Positions 36,629-47,341 are shown, counted from the stretch's first letter. The stretch is 64,000 nt of DNA from Bacillales bacterium (GCA_029006735.1 JAQXGN010000054.1:1553-65552), one strand, 5' to 3'. Numbers and translations are program-made. Notes: generated by a model from the letters alone, not told the origin.

Positions 36629-37774
36629 TTATTGTTTTGGTTTATATAATTCCATGCCTAGTTTTATTAATCTAAGTGTATTTTTAATAGTAACAAGATA
36701 ATAATCTTTTGAATATGGTTTTAACTTAGAAAAATCCAGTGGTTTTCTTGTTGTAGTGATGATAGCTTTAATATCATTACCAATCATTTTTTCAGTATCT
36801 AGATCAGCCCCTCCTGAAATTACTACTAAAGGAATATTATGTGTAGATGCAACTTCTTTAATTCCTTCAATGACTTTTCCATTTAAGGTTTGGGAATCAA
36901 TATTACCTTCACCAGTAAAAATAACATCTACATCAGTTAATTTTCTTTCAAAATCAACCGCATCTAATAATACTTTAATTCCTTTTTCTAATCTTCCTTT
37001 TAAGAAGGTGATTATACTATAGCCAATTCCTCCTGCTGCACCTGTTCCATTAATAGAAGAAAAGTCTTTGTATCCAGATGATAATACAACATTATGATAT
37101 GCTTTCATCTTTTCATCTAGTATTTTAGTTTCTTCTTCTGTTGCTCCTTTTTGTTTTCCATATATTCTAGAAGCCCCATTTTCAAATAATAAGGGGTTAG
37201 TTACATCGCACATACCAACAATTTCAATATCATTAATCAAATTATTTAATTCATCTACATCAATAGATGTAATCTGATCTAATGTACCTCCAGTAGGAAT
37301 AAAAACTTCCTTTTTAGAATTATAAAATTTAACGCCTAATGCGGATAGTAATCCTGTTCCTCCATCATTAGTAGAACTACCACCTAAACCAATTATTATT
37401 TTTTTGCATCCTTTATAAATAGCATCTTTTATCATTAATCCCACTCCGTAAGAAGTTGTAATAAAAGGATTCTTTATCTTTGTTGTTGATAAATATATGC
37501 AAGAAGCTACATCCATATAAGCAGTATTATTAGAAATAAAATATGTTGTTTTTATAGGATAATTATTACTATCCACACAATCTATTGTTATTTTTTCACC
37601 TAATAAAGAAGCGCTAAATGCTTCCATTGTACCTTCTCCACCATCTGCGATAGGGATTCCAATAACATTACAATTAGGGAAAACTTCATTTGCTCCTTTT
37701 TTGAATAGATTAATGATATCGAAAGTGGATAGAGTTCCTTTGAATGAATCGGATATAATAATACATTTCTTCAT
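36629..37774 (-). CDS. glxK: glycerate kinase
   Basis: DSFKGTLS and IPIADGGEGT N-terminal motifs, and GEGNIDSQTLNGK near the C-terminus. Confidence 0.85.
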   Translation of the reverse strand: MKKCIIISDSFKGTLSTFDIINLFKKGANEVFPNCNVIGIPIADGGEGTMEAFSASLLGEKITIDCVDSNNYPIKTTYFISNNTAYMDVASCIYLSTTKIKNPFITTSYGVGLMIKDAIYKGCKKIIIGLGGSSTNDGGTGLLSALGVKFYNSKKEVFIPTGGTLDQITSIDVDELNNLINDIEIVGMCDVTNPLLFENGASRIYGKQKGATEEETKILDEKMKAYHNVVLSSGYKDFSSINGTGAAGGIGYSIITFLKGRLEKGIKVLLDAVDFERKLTDVDVIFTGEGNIDSQTLNGKVIEGIKEVASTHNIPLVVISGGADLDTEKMIGNDIKAIITTTRKPLDFSKLKPYSKDYYLVTIKNTLRLIKLGMELYKPKQ

Positions 37775-37886
37775 ATTTAATCACCTAAATTAATTATATC
37801 GCATTTGTATGATAATAGGGGAAAAAATCAATATTGTTCTATATTTATTATGGTGTTATTATGTAGTTAGAAAGAGAGGAATAAAT

Positions 37887-40019
37887 ATGAAAAAAGTGTT
37901 TGAAAGTCTTTTGCAATATTTAAAAAGAGCATGGAAACAATTAGTAATATTATTGTCATTATTAGTTGTATCTATTACATGTATTAGTGTTGCAAATGGA
38001 ATACAAACAAATTTTGGTAAGGTGAAGGTTGAAAGTGGGGTTATTGCAACTGAAATCTTGGACAGTGGTGAAAAGGTTAATATTGGATTTAAAATATATA
38101 TACCTAAAGATGCAAGCAACACTAATAAAAAACCAGCAGCACTATGTTTACATGGATATCAAAATGATCATGAAACATCTGCAGCGTATGCTATGGAATT
38201 AGCTCGCCGAGGAGTAGTTGCTTTATGTATCGATGAATATGGCCATGGATCTACTGATGCAGGTATGATTGAAAGAGGATATGTTAATCATAAAGTAACA
38301 ACAAATTACGGCTATGATGAATTTGGAAAATCTTACCTTGAAATTGGCGGTGTAGTAAGATACAAAGTTATGATGAATTTCTCTAATTTATCATTCTTTA
38401 GTGATTATTATGCAAATTCATATGATTTTGAAACGAATACAACAATATCTAAAGATGAGGCAGCTCATGTTAGAGATTCTTCAATGGGTGGTACTGCAGC
38501 ATATGCTTATTTATCTACTTTAGATTATGTTGATAATACAAAAATGGCGGTTACCGGTCACTCTATGGGTACTTGGGCAGGTTGGACCGTATCTGCCGCA
38601 TACTCAGGAACCGCAATTGAACCAAGGGCTACTGCACTTCAATGTGGTGAATTGTTTAAAACCACAAGAGATAGCGAAGGTCGACTTGCATATGATAAAG
38701 ATGGTGATGGAACTCCAGATATTCATTGGAATAACGTATTATTAATTACATCAAAATACGATGAATTTAATTATTTCCGTGATTATATTAAAACACCAGT
38801 TTTTGACGATACAGTTAAAAATGAAATTAGAACTAATTTCTTAGGAGTTAGTGCATCTGAAGCAGAATTTAATAAAACTTTCCATGAAGATTTTGAAAAA
38901 GGTACTTCGGTTAGGAATGAATATATTATTACAAATCATCGATTAGCAACACATGATAAAAATGCAGTAAAAGCGGTTGTTGATTGGTTCTTTGACTCAT
39001 ATGGATTAGTTTCACCTATTGATTCAAGCAAACAAGTATTTATGGTTAAAGAGGTATTAGTTTTAGTAGCAATGTTATGTGGTGTTGCTTCAACAGTAGC
39101 AATGGCATTGTGTTTAAAAGAAGTTCATTTCTTTGCTACAGTCTTCCAAAGTGTACCTAATAGACCAGAAAAAGTGAAAAAGGGGTGGAAATTCTATAAA
39201 GGCGCGATTATTACAGTATTATTATCAGGGTTAACATATCCATTCTTAACACAATTAGGGCATGGTTTAATGCCACTTCCTGAAAAATTATTTAAAATGA
39301 CAATCGGTAATGGATTCTTGGTTTGGTATGTCTTCTTAATATTAGTGATGTTAGGGTTTACTCTTATTCCTTGGTTTGTACAAAAGAAAAAAGGAACAAA
39401 AACAACAGACTTTGTCGATTTAGGATTTGCTAGAGATGATGAAGAACATAAAAATAAATTTGATTGGGTATTATTAGGCAAAGCAGCATTAGTAGCATTT
39501 ATAAGCGTTTTATGGATGTATTTACAGGTTATTATTTTTGAGAAAACGGCACAATTAGATTATCGTTTTATTTGGCCATTCTTTAAGGGATTCTCCTTTA
39601 GTAGATTAGGTCAATTCTGCGTATACTTCCCATTCTTTGCATTATTCTTTATTTTGAATAACTCAAGAATTTTTGCGGTTGCAAGAGTAGAACATACAGA
39701 AGAAAAAGGTATCGCAGCATTCTTCAAATGTTGGTGGAAATATGCTTTATGCATGGTTGGTGGTATTTTACTATTATGCTTACTTGAATATATTCCGTTC
39801 TTTGCACAAATTGGACCAGGTGCAGATTTAGTATTTGGCACAACATTTGGTGGACCATTTATGTCATTGCTTATTGTCTTTGCTCCACAAGTACTTGTAT
39901 TCTCATTTATTTGTACATATTGTTATAGAAAAACAGGTAATGTTTTCTTAGGCGCAATTATTGTTGCAATTTTATCTTGCTGGATTGTTACAGGTGGTTC
40001 AGCAATGTTATATGCATAG
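37887..40019 (+). CDS. alpha/beta-hydrolase domain fused to a polytopic membrane domain
   Basis: ATG 37887 has SD agagagga. An N-terminal TM anchor precedes the hydrolase domain, which has nucleophile elbow GHSMGT. The C-terminal half (from about aa 400) contains at least 7 hydrophobic helices. Confidence 0.6.
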   Translation: MKKVFESLLQYLKRAWKQLVILLSLLVVSITCISVANGIQTNFGKVKVESGVIATEILDSGEKVNIGFKIYIPKDASNTNKKPAALCLHGYQNDHETSAAYAMELARRGVVALCIDEYGHGSTDAGMIERGYVNHKVTTNYGYDEFGKSYLEIGGVVRYKVMMNFSNLSFFSDYYANSYDFETNTTISKDEAAHVRDSSMGGTAAYAYLSTLDYVDNTKMAVTGHSMGTWAGWTVSAAYSGTAIEPRATALQCGELFKTTRDSEGRLAYDKDGDGTPDIHWNNVLLITSKYDEFNYFRDYIKTPVFDDTVKNEIRTNFLGVSASEAEFNKTFHEDFEKGTSVRNEYIITNHRLATHDKNAVKAVVDWFFDSYGLVSPIDSSKQVFMVKEVLVLVAMLCGVASTVAMALCLKEVHFFATVFQSVPNRPEKVKKGWKFYKGAIITVLLSGLTYPFLTQLGHGLMPLPEKLFKMTIGNGFLVWYVFLILVMLGFTLIPWFVQKKKGTKTTDFVDLGFARDDEEHKNKFDWVLLGKAALVAFISVLWMYLQVIIFEKTAQLDYRFIWPFFKGFSFSRLGQFCVYFPFFALFFILNNSRIFAVARVEHTEEKGIAAFFKCWWKYALCMVGGILLLCLLEYIPFFAQIGPGADLVFGTTFGGPFMSLLIVFAPQVLVFSFICTYCYRKTGNVFLGAIIVAILSCWIVTGGSAMLYA

Positions 40020-40041
40020 ATAACATAAATAATATTCTATT

Positions 40042-40073
40042 GCCTCATATTCTTTAAGAATGTGAGGCTTTTT
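40042..40073 (+). terminator. rho-independent terminator
   Basis: Stem gcctcatattc / gaatgtgaggc followed by T5. Confidence 0.65.
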
Positions 40074-40179
40074 AATTAAACAATACGTAATAATTAGCAG
40101 TATTGTTATAACATTTTGCAATCTTGTTATAGTATAACGCTTTCAGTGATTTATAATGAAAATATAGGGAAAAAGTAAT

Positions 40180-41481
40180 ATGAAATATTTTTTAGCAATT
40201 GATATTGGTGCTTCAAGTGGAAGACATATAATCGGATACAAGGTAGATGGAAAAATAGTATGTGATGAAGTTCATCGTTTTCCCAATGGAATTAAAGAAG
40301 AAAATGGACATTTTGTTTGGGACGTTGAATATCTTTTTCAAGAAGTTAAAAAAGGAATAAAAAAAGCATTAAAAAAATATTCTCACATTGAATCAATGAG
40401 TATTGATACATGGGGAGTAGATTACGTATTAATGAATGGAGAAAAAGAAATTCTTCCTTGTTATGCATATAGAGATCATAGAACTAAAGAAGTAATTGAT
40501 GAAGTTCATAAAAAGATACCATTTGAAAGACTTTATAATATTACTGGTTCTCAATTCCAAGAATTCAACACTATTTATCAATTATATGTTGATAAAAAAT
40601 GGGGAAGATTAGATTGTGCGACTAGTTTCCTTCATATTCCTGAATATTTGATGTATAGATTAACGGGAATTATGAAAAAAGAATATACTAATGCTTCAAC
40701 TACCGGAATGATGGATGGAAATAATAATTTTTATTCACAAGAAATTATTAATGCGTTAGGATTTAATCCAAGATTATTCACAAAACTTCATAAACCTAAA
40801 ACGATAGTTGGATATTTTTCTTCACAAGTTGAAAAAGAAGTTGAAGGAAATATATTAGTTAAATTATGTCCAACTCATGATACTGCAGCAGCTGTTGAAG
40901 GTATAGAAATGGAAGGTAATGCTCCATATATTTCGTCTGGTACTTGGTCTTTACTTGGGATAAAAACAAAAGAATTTATTAATTCAAAAGAGGCTTTAAA
41001 ATCAAATTATTCTAATGAATATGGACCTAATTATATTCGTTTTCAAAAAAATATTATGGGGTTATGGATTATTCAATGCTTGTCAAAACAAATGAATATG
41101 GATTTCCCATTAATGGTAGAAAAAGCAAGAACAAGCGAATATAAAGAAGTGTTTGATGTTAATGATTCGGTTTTCTTATCAAGTTTGGATATGAAAAATG
41201 AAATTATTAATTGGTTTAAAGTTAGAAAGATAAATCCACCACTTACAGATAGCGATATTATTAATTCAACATATAGAAGCTTAGCTTATTCATATAAAGT
41301 AGCAATAGATGAATTAGAAGCAATCGTAAAAGAGAAGTTTTCTTCAATATATATTGTTGGAGGAGGCGCGAAAAATAAATATTTAAATGAATTAACAGAA
41401 ATATATACAAAGCATAAAGTTATAGCCTTACCAATTGAGGCAACATCATTAGGAAATTTAAAATCACAAATGGAGGAATAA
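40180..41481 (+). CDS. rhaB: rhamnulokinase
   Basis: AIDIGASSGRHI N-terminal FGGY motif characteristic of RhaB. Followed by rhaA and rhaD. Confidence 0.8.
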   Translation: MKYFLAIDIGASSGRHIIGYKVDGKIVCDEVHRFPNGIKEENGHFVWDVEYLFQEVKKGIKKALKKYSHIESMSIDTWGVDYVLMNGEKEILPCYAYRDHRTKEVIDEVHKKIPFERLYNITGSQFQEFNTIYQLYVDKKWGRLDCATSFLHIPEYLMYRLTGIMKKEYTNASTTGMMDGNNNFYSQEIINALGFNPRLFTKLHKPKTIVGYFSSQVEKEVEGNILVKLCPTHDTAAAVEGIEMEGNAPYISSGTWSLLGIKTKEFINSKEALKSNYSNEYGPNYIRFQKNIMGLWIIQCLSKQMNMDFPLMVEKARTSEYKEVFDVNDSVFLSSLDMKNEIINWFKVRKINPPLTDSDIINSTYRSLAYSYKVAIDELEAIVKEKFSSIYIVGGGAKNKYLNELTEIYTKHKVIALPIEATSLGNLKSQMEE

Positions 41482-41483
41482 AG

Positions 41484-42716
41484 ATGAGAAAAGAAGTATA
41501 TGAAATATATAAACAACATGGAATTGATATTGAAAGTGTTTTATCAACTTTAAAGAAAACAAAGATTAGTTTACATTGTTGGCAATTAGATGATGTTAAT
41601 GGTTTTGAAAACAAAGGAGCATTAACTGGTGGTATTCAAACTACAGGGAATTACTTAGGAAAAGCAAATGATTTTCAAGAATTAACTAGCGATTTAGAAT
41701 TTGCATTAAAATATATTCCAGGCGCAAAAAAAATTAATATCCATGCAAATTACCAATCAGATAACGTTGTTGAGAGAAAAGATATTGGACCAGAACAATA
41801 TAAAAGTTGGGTAGAATTTGCAAAAAAGAATAATTTGGGATTAGATTTTAATCCAACAATATTCTCAAGTCCTATGTTAGTTGATAATATGAGCCTTTCT
41901 TCACCTATTAAACAAGTTAGAGATTATTGGATTGAACATTGTATTAATTCTTTAAAAGTTACGGAATATTTTGGTAAAGAGTTAGGTCAAAAATCGTTAA
42001 TGAACATTTGGATTCCTGATGGATTAAAGGATGTTCCTGCAGACAGAATGGCTCCAAGAGCTCGTTTAAAAGATTCTTTAGACAAGATTTTAGCAGGTTA
42101 TAAATATGATAAAGATGTAATGGATGTTTCAGTTGAATCTAAAGTGTTTGGAATCGGTATGGAATCATATACAACTGGATCTCATGAATTCTATATGAAT
42201 TATTCAATTAAAAATGGATTATTATGTTTATTAGATACTGGACATTTCCATCCAACAGAAAATGTGGCAGATAAAATATCATCGATGTTATTATTCAATG
42301 ATCGATTAGCGTTTCATGTATCACGTCCAGTTCGTTGGGACTCAGATCATGTATTAAAATTAAATGATGATTTACAAGATGTTGCAGATGAATTAGTAAA
42401 ATGTGATGCCTTAGAACGTGCTTATATTGGTTTAGATTATTTTGATGCATCGATTAATCGTGTTGCTGCATTAATCATTGGCGCACGTAATATGGAAAAA
42501 GCATTGCTTAAAGCATTATTGACACCATGGAAAGAACTAAGTGAAGCACAAGATAGTTTAGATCATACAAAAGTTTTGGCGTTGCAAGAAGAATTAAAAA
42601 CATTGCCTTGGGGAGAAGTATGGGAAGAATATTGTTCTCGTGAAGGAGTTAAGAGTGAATCTGAATGGTTTAAAGATTGTTTATTATATGAAGAAGAAGT
42701 ATTATTAAGGAGATAA
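41484..42716 (+). CDS. rhaA: L-rhamnose isomerase
   Basis: ISLHCWQLDDVNGFE motif, about 410 aa, operon context. Confidence 0.85.
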   Translation: MRKEVYEIYKQHGIDIESVLSTLKKTKISLHCWQLDDVNGFENKGALTGGIQTTGNYLGKANDFQELTSDLEFALKYIPGAKKINIHANYQSDNVVERKDIGPEQYKSWVEFAKKNNLGLDFNPTIFSSPMLVDNMSLSSPIKQVRDYWIEHCINSLKVTEYFGKELGQKSLMNIWIPDGLKDVPADRMAPRARLKDSLDKILAGYKYDKDVMDVSVESKVFGIGMESYTTGSHEFYMNYSIKNGLLCLLDTGHFHPTENVADKISSMLLFNDRLAFHVSRPVRWDSDHVLKLNDDLQDVADELVKCDALERAYIGLDYFDASINRVAALIIGARNMEKALLKALLTPWKELSEAQDSLDHTKVLALQEELKTLPWGEVWEEYCSREGVKSESEWFKDCLLYEEEVLLRR

Positions 42717-42723
42717 AAATAAT

Positions 42724-43515
42724 ATGAAAGTAATTAATGAAGTAACAGGAATTTTAAATTTATTATATACACATGGTTGGGATGAAAGAAATGGAGGAAA
42801 CCTATCTTACATTTTAGAGGAAGAAGAAGTAAAATCCGTTTGTGATCCTAATGTTGTATTAAGAACATTTGAATATGATTTTGATATGACATCAATTATT
42901 GGTAAATTCTTTATTATTACAGGAACTGGGACATATTTTAAAAATATGGTTGCTGCTCCTGAAGTAAATTTGGGTATTATTAAAATTATTGATAAATCTC
43001 ATGCAGCATTAGTATGGGGGTATAGCGAAGGAGGAAGACCTACTTCAGAAAGCCCAACACATTTACAATGTCATATTGAAAGATTAAAACAAGATCCTAA
43101 TCACCGTTTAGTTATTCATTGTCATGCAACAAATGTTATTTGTATGACTCATGTTTGTCCACTTGATTCTAATTTCTTCACAGAAAAATTATGGAAAATG
43201 CAAACGGAATCTATCGTTGTATTCCCAGAAGGAGTTGCAGTCTTACCATGGATTTTATGTGGAGGAACACAAATCGGCATTGAAACAGCAAATCTTATGA
43301 AAGAATATAGATCTGTTATTTGGGCGCAACATGGTATCTTCTGTACGGGAAAAACATTAGATGAAGTATTTGGTTTAATCGAAACAATTGAAAAAGCAGC
43401 AGAAATCTATATGAAAGTGTATGATAAAAAGATTTATCAATCTATTACTAATGAAAATTTAATTGAGATTGCTCAAGCATTTAAGATTGATTATCGTCAT
43501 GGAATTATTGATTAG
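42724..43515 (+). CDS. rhaD: rhamnulose-1-phosphate aldolase (class II aldolase/adducin fold)
   Basis: GWDERNGGNLSYIL and HCHATN motifs, 263 aa. Confidence 0.8.
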   Translation: MKVINEVTGILNLLYTHGWDERNGGNLSYILEEEEVKSVCDPNVVLRTFEYDFDMTSIIGKFFIITGTGTYFKNMVAAPEVNLGIIKIIDKSHAALVWGYSEGGRPTSESPTHLQCHIERLKQDPNHRLVIHCHATNVICMTHVCPLDSNFFTEKLWKMQTESIVVFPEGVAVLPWILCGGTQIGIETANLMKEYRSVIWAQHGIFCTGKTLDEVFGLIETIEKAAEIYMKVYDKKIYQSITNENLIEIAQAFKIDYRHGIID

Positions 43516-43533
43516 TGGTTTGTAAATAAAAAA

Positions 43534-43560
43534 ATCGAAGAATTTTCTCTTCGATTTTTT
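43534..43560 (+). terminator. rho-independent terminator after rhaD
   Basis: Stem atcgaaga / tcttcgat with loop attttc, then T5+. An A-run upstream suggests possible bidirectional use. Confidence 0.7.
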
Positions 43561-43773
43561 ATTATATTATCATATTTTTCTAAATATAATAGTGCTTCAT
43601 AAGATCATCAAATAACTGCGCCTGAAAGAATAAATTATAATTTTGTAAAGAAATGATAGATAACTAATTATTTATAGCATATAAAAAGAGTGATTTTTCT
43701 TGTGTATACCATATTTTAGACTCAAATCTAATCAATTATATAAGGTATAGGAAAATAATCACTCTTTTATTAT

Positions 43774-44829
43774 TTAGTCGTCTAATAGGAAGTTTTCAAT
43801 GATAACATCAGCATAAGCCATTCCGAGTCGTAAACAATCTTTTGTTTTGTAGTGTACGCCTCCATCGCCTCCTCCGGTATCGCTTCCGCCTCCGCCCCAC
43901 ATTCCTCCGCCTGGGACTTCTAAAGCAAGACCGCCTTCTAATTTAGTAGATGTATTGATACAGAAATTAAGCTCTGATTCATTCGCATAATCTAATTTGA
44001 CTTGATTTAATTCATCTACATTGTTCCAAGTGTAATTTGGGCCGTCATAGATTAAAGCATCAATAAATGCGATGTTATTACCATCTTCATATTTTGCATA
44101 AGAGGCAAAATCTGTTTTAAATTTTGTTAATAAGGTATCCATTCTATCTCGATATAGTGGAATCTTTTTAGGATCAGAATCAGATTCTCCTTGGTGCCAT
44201 AAAAAACCTCTAATTACTGGTTTTTTACCAGTTGCTTCAATAGCATCTAAATTATTTTGAACATAATCTTTTAAATATTTTGTGTATAAATTAGGTTCTT
44301 TATCTTGTGCCCAGCTAATCGCACCTGATTGATCAAAACCACTACCAGAGAATGCACATTTAATAAAGTAAATAGGTTTTTCTTTTGTAGCATATTCTCT
44401 TAGTTTATATGCACATCCTAGTTCTGGACCCATATAATAATCTTTATTACCCATACCCACTTTTGTTGGAAGGAATAATCCTTGCATTTTATCTTCTTGG
44501 TTTGATGCATGAACGCCACTTAGATCATCGGTTAATTGACCATAACCACAACCAAAGAAAGATGTTTGTACTTCTTCAATTCCATCAAAACATACATCAA
44601 CATCAGGTAAATCTAAATCGGCAAATGCGTTTTTTAACCATGGAGTTTCATTATCACTACCAAATCTAGTTTGCCCTTCCATATTTGATTGACCAGAAAG
44701 AACAAATACAGAAACAGTATTATCTTCTTCTACTGGTAAAGGGATGGTGGAATCATCATTTTTTTGACCACCACAGCCAACTAAACACAAAATAGAAAGA
44801 AGACTTAAAAACATAAATCTTTTTTTCAT
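43774..44829 (-). CDS. lipoprotein, sialate O-acetylesterase-like (SASA/DUF303) carbohydrate esterase
   Basis: Lipobox LCLVGC|GG, plus VFVLSGQSNMEGQ and LWHQGESD catalytic-type motifs. Gly-rich insert GGGMWGGGGSDTGGGDGG near the C-terminus. Confidence 0.7.
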   Translation of the reverse strand: MKKRFMFLSLLSILCLVGCGGQKNDDSTIPLPVEEDNTVSVFVLSGQSNMEGQTRFGSDNETPWLKNAFADLDLPDVDVCFDGIEEVQTSFFGCGYGQLTDDLSGVHASNQEDKMQGLFLPTKVGMGNKDYYMGPELGCAYKLREYATKEKPIYFIKCAFSGSGFDQSGAISWAQDKEPNLYTKYLKDYVQNNLDAIEATGKKPVIRGFLWHQGESDSDPKKIPLYRDRMDTLLTKFKTDFASYAKYEDGNNIAFIDALIYDGPNYTWNNVDELNQVKLDYANESELNFCINTSTKLEGGLALEVPGGGMWGGGGSDTGGGDGGVHYKTKDCLRLGMAYADVIIENFLLDD

Positions 44830-44950
44830 ATAATTATCCTCGCTATATATTAATTGTATCTAATATATATAAATTAAATATGACAATCTTGTTTGTTTAT
44901 TCATATATTGTTATTTTTTTTGAAAAAAAGAGAAAATTAATTTTTTTATC

Positions 44951-45217
44951 CTATGACTTTTTTGTTGTTTTTTTAAAAGTCTTTTTAATGGCGTTAGTAA
45001 AATGCTTTCCTGAATCAGTAAAGGAATGACCTGTTGTTGACCAACTTTCTTTCAACTTTGTACTTTTTGTATTAGTTTTTGTTCCTTCTATTTTATCATC
45101 TAATTTAGTTGATGATACTTTGATTGTTTTAATTAATGATTTACCTAAGTTTTTAAAACTTTTTCCCATCTCTTTACCAAAACTTTTCCATTCTTCTTTA
45201 GCACTTGTTTCTTTCAT
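44951..45217 (-). CDS. small Lys-rich hypothetical protein with internal repeats
   Basis: SD aagaaggtga precedes the ATG. Repeated W-x-x-x-G-x-x-x-GK-x-F-x-N pattern (WKSFGKEMGKSFKNLGKS / WSTTGHSFTDSGKHFTNAIKK). Confidence 0.5.
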   Translation of the reverse strand: MKETSAKEEWKSFGKEMGKSFKNLGKSLIKTIKVSSTKLDDKIEGTKTNTKSTKLKESWSTTGHSFTDSGKHFTNAIKKTFKKTTKKS

Positions 45218-45364
45218 TTTTTCACCTTCTTTCTTCTATTATTTATATGTTTTATTTACAAAAAGTGCATTTTTCTACCGAATACAGCGAAAAAAACACC
45301 ACATACATTAAAAGGCAAAAAAATATTTTTAATAATTATATAATTTTCTTGTGAGGTAAAAAAT

Positions 45365-46075
45365 ATGGAAATTATTAAGATTGAAAATCTCAAAAAAACG
45401 TTTAAAGATGTTTGTGCAGTAAATGATGTTTCTTTGACAATTAATGAAGGGGAAACATATGGATTACTTGGAGTTAATGGTGCAGGTAAAACAACTATTA
45501 TTAATATTTTATCGGGGCTTTTAAAAAAAGATGAAGGAGAGATATACGTTAATAATATGAAAATTGAAAACATTAATGAAATTAAAAGAATTATTGATAT
45601 TTCTCCTCAAGTGACAAGTGTTGCTTCTAATCTAACTGTATTAGAGAATTTAACATTTTTTCAATCTCTTTATGATGTAAAAGATGAAGCATATTTAAAT
45701 TATTTAATTGAGAAGTTTTCCTTAAAGGAAGTATTGAATAAAAAGGCAAAAACTTTATCTGGAGGATATCAAAGAAGATTGTCTATTTCAATTGGGTTAA
45801 TATCTAAACCTAAAATCTTATTTCTTGATGAACCTACATTAGGGTTAGATGTAATTTCTAGAAGAGAACTATGGAAAATAATTAAAGAGTTAAAGGGCAA
45901 AATGACAATTATTATTACGTCTCATTATTTAGAAGAAATTGAAGCATTATGTGATCGCATTTCTATAATGAGTAAAGGAAAAGTGATAGTGAGTGGAACA
46001 ATTGAAGATATTAAAAGAGATGTAAATGAAACATCATTTGAAGAAGCATTTATTAAAGTTGTTGGAGGAGAATAA
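45365..46075 (+). CDS. ABC transporter ATP-binding protein (ABC-2 type)
   Basis: Walker A GVNGAGKTT, signature LSGGYQRR, Walker B LFLDEPTLGLD. Confidence 0.85.
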   Translation: MEIIKIENLKKTFKDVCAVNDVSLTINEGETYGLLGVNGAGKTTIINILSGLLKKDEGEIYVNNMKIENINEIKRIIDISPQVTSVASNLTVLENLTFFQSLYDVKDEAYLNYLIEKFSLKEVLNKKAKTLSGGYQRRLSISIGLISKPKILFLDEPTLGLDVISRRELWKIIKELKGKMTIIITSHYLEEIEALCDRISIMSKGKVIVSGTIEDIKRDVNETSFEEAFIKVVGGE

Positions 46076-46076
46076 A

Positions 46077-46877
46077 ATGAAAAAAGCATGGTTATTTGCA
46101 AAAAGAAATATATTAGAAATGTTTAGAGATCCAATATTATATATTTTTTGCGCAGGATTTCCTGTTGGAATGTTAATTCTATTTAATGTTATATCGAGTT
46201 TTTCTGTAGAAATGCCCCTAGTTTTTTCTTTGGATAGTTTGATTCCAGGAGTAATGATGTTTTCTTATTCTTTATTAATGTTGATGGCGGGTTTATTAAT
46301 TTCTAAGGATCGTTCAACTTCATTTGTGAAAAGATTATTCACATCTCCCTTAAAATCAATTGATTTTATTGTTGGGTATTTTGTTCCATTTTTCTTTGTA
46401 GGACTATGTCAAAATATTGTTACTATTTTAACAGGATTCATTATCTCTTTACTTACAAAAACGGATTATATTAACTTTGTTAACTGTTTATTATTAGTTT
46501 TAGAAATGCTGCCAATAATGATTATAAATATCATGTTTGGAATGCTTTTTGGCACTATTTTAAATGATAAAAGTGCTCCTGGTATTTGTTCAATTTTTAT
46601 TTCTGCATGTGGTGTTTTAGGTGGAGCGTGGATGCCAATTGATACAATGGGTGATTTCGAAAACGTTGTTTCATTTATGCCTTTTTATCCAAGTGTATAT
46701 TTAGGTAGAGTAATAACTGGGGCAAGTAGATCAATTCCTAATGAATTAGGAGAATTGATATCATATTCATTTCATCCAGTAGGATGGTTATATGTATTAA
46801 ATATATTTGTTTATTTAATAGTAAGTATTGTTTTAGCAATTGTGGTTTTTAAAAAAAGAATGTGTTCGGCACAATAA
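46077..46877 (+). CDS. ABC-2 family permease
   Basis: ATG 46077 lies just after the ATPase stop. Six or more TM helices; N-terminus AKRNILEMFRDP is typical of ABC-2 permeases. Confidence 0.7.
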   Translation: MKKAWLFAKRNILEMFRDPILYIFCAGFPVGMLILFNVISSFSVEMPLVFSLDSLIPGVMMFSYSLLMLMAGLLISKDRSTSFVKRLFTSPLKSIDFIVGYFVPFFFVGLCQNIVTILTGFIISLLTKTDYINFVNCLLLVLEMLPIMIINIMFGMLFGTILNDKSAPGICSIFISACGVLGGAWMPIDTMGDFENVVSFMPFYPSVYLGRVITGASRSIPNELGELISYSFHPVGWLYVLNIFVYLIVSIVLAIVVFKKRMCSAQ

Positions 46878-46909
46878 TGTATATATAATATTATTGGGAA
46901 GTGATACAT

Positions 46910-47341
46910 ATGAAATTTTCTTTAATTTTAGATAAAGAAAAAGAGGAAGAAGTAATTGTAATTGCTAAAGAAAGAAATGAATTAGTTGATTCAATAGAAA
47001 AAATAGTAAATGATGATAATTTTTTGCTTTATGGAGTATGTGACGATAAAATAATTAAAATTGATTTATCGCAAGTTCAATTCTTTATTTCTAATGCGAA
47101 TAAAACATACGCTTATATTGATAATGATAAATATCAAATTAAGCTTCGCCTTTATCAGATAGAGGATTTACATGATCAAAGATTTTTAAAAATAAATCAA
47201 TCTTGCATTGCAAATATTCATCAAATATCTTCATTTAAGGTTACTTTTGGTTGCTCGCTTTTAGTTGAATTTGAAAATGGCTACTCGGAATATGTATCAA
47301 GAAGAGAACTAAAAAATGTCAAGAAAAGGATGGGATTGTAA
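46910..47341 (+). CDS. LytTR-domain DNA-binding protein
   Basis: IIKIDLSQVQFFISNANKTYAYIDNDKYQIKLRLYQIEDL...FLKINQSCIANIHQI matches the LytTR pattern. No receiver domain. Confidence 0.75.
   Translation: MKFSLILDKEKEEEVIVIAKERNELVDSIEKIVNDDNFLLYGVCDDKIIKIDLSQVQFFISNANKTYAYIDNDKYQIKLRLYQIEDLHDQRFLKINQSCIANIHQISSFKVTFGCSLLVEFENGYSEYVSRRELKNVKKRMGL

Noticed and set aside
40100-40150. Direct repeat ttgttata(n13)ttgttata upstream of rhaB as a regulator binding site, and a cre-like tataacgctttca
   Set aside because: The short AT-rich repeats could arise by chance. The cre-like string lacks the required spacing around the central CG.
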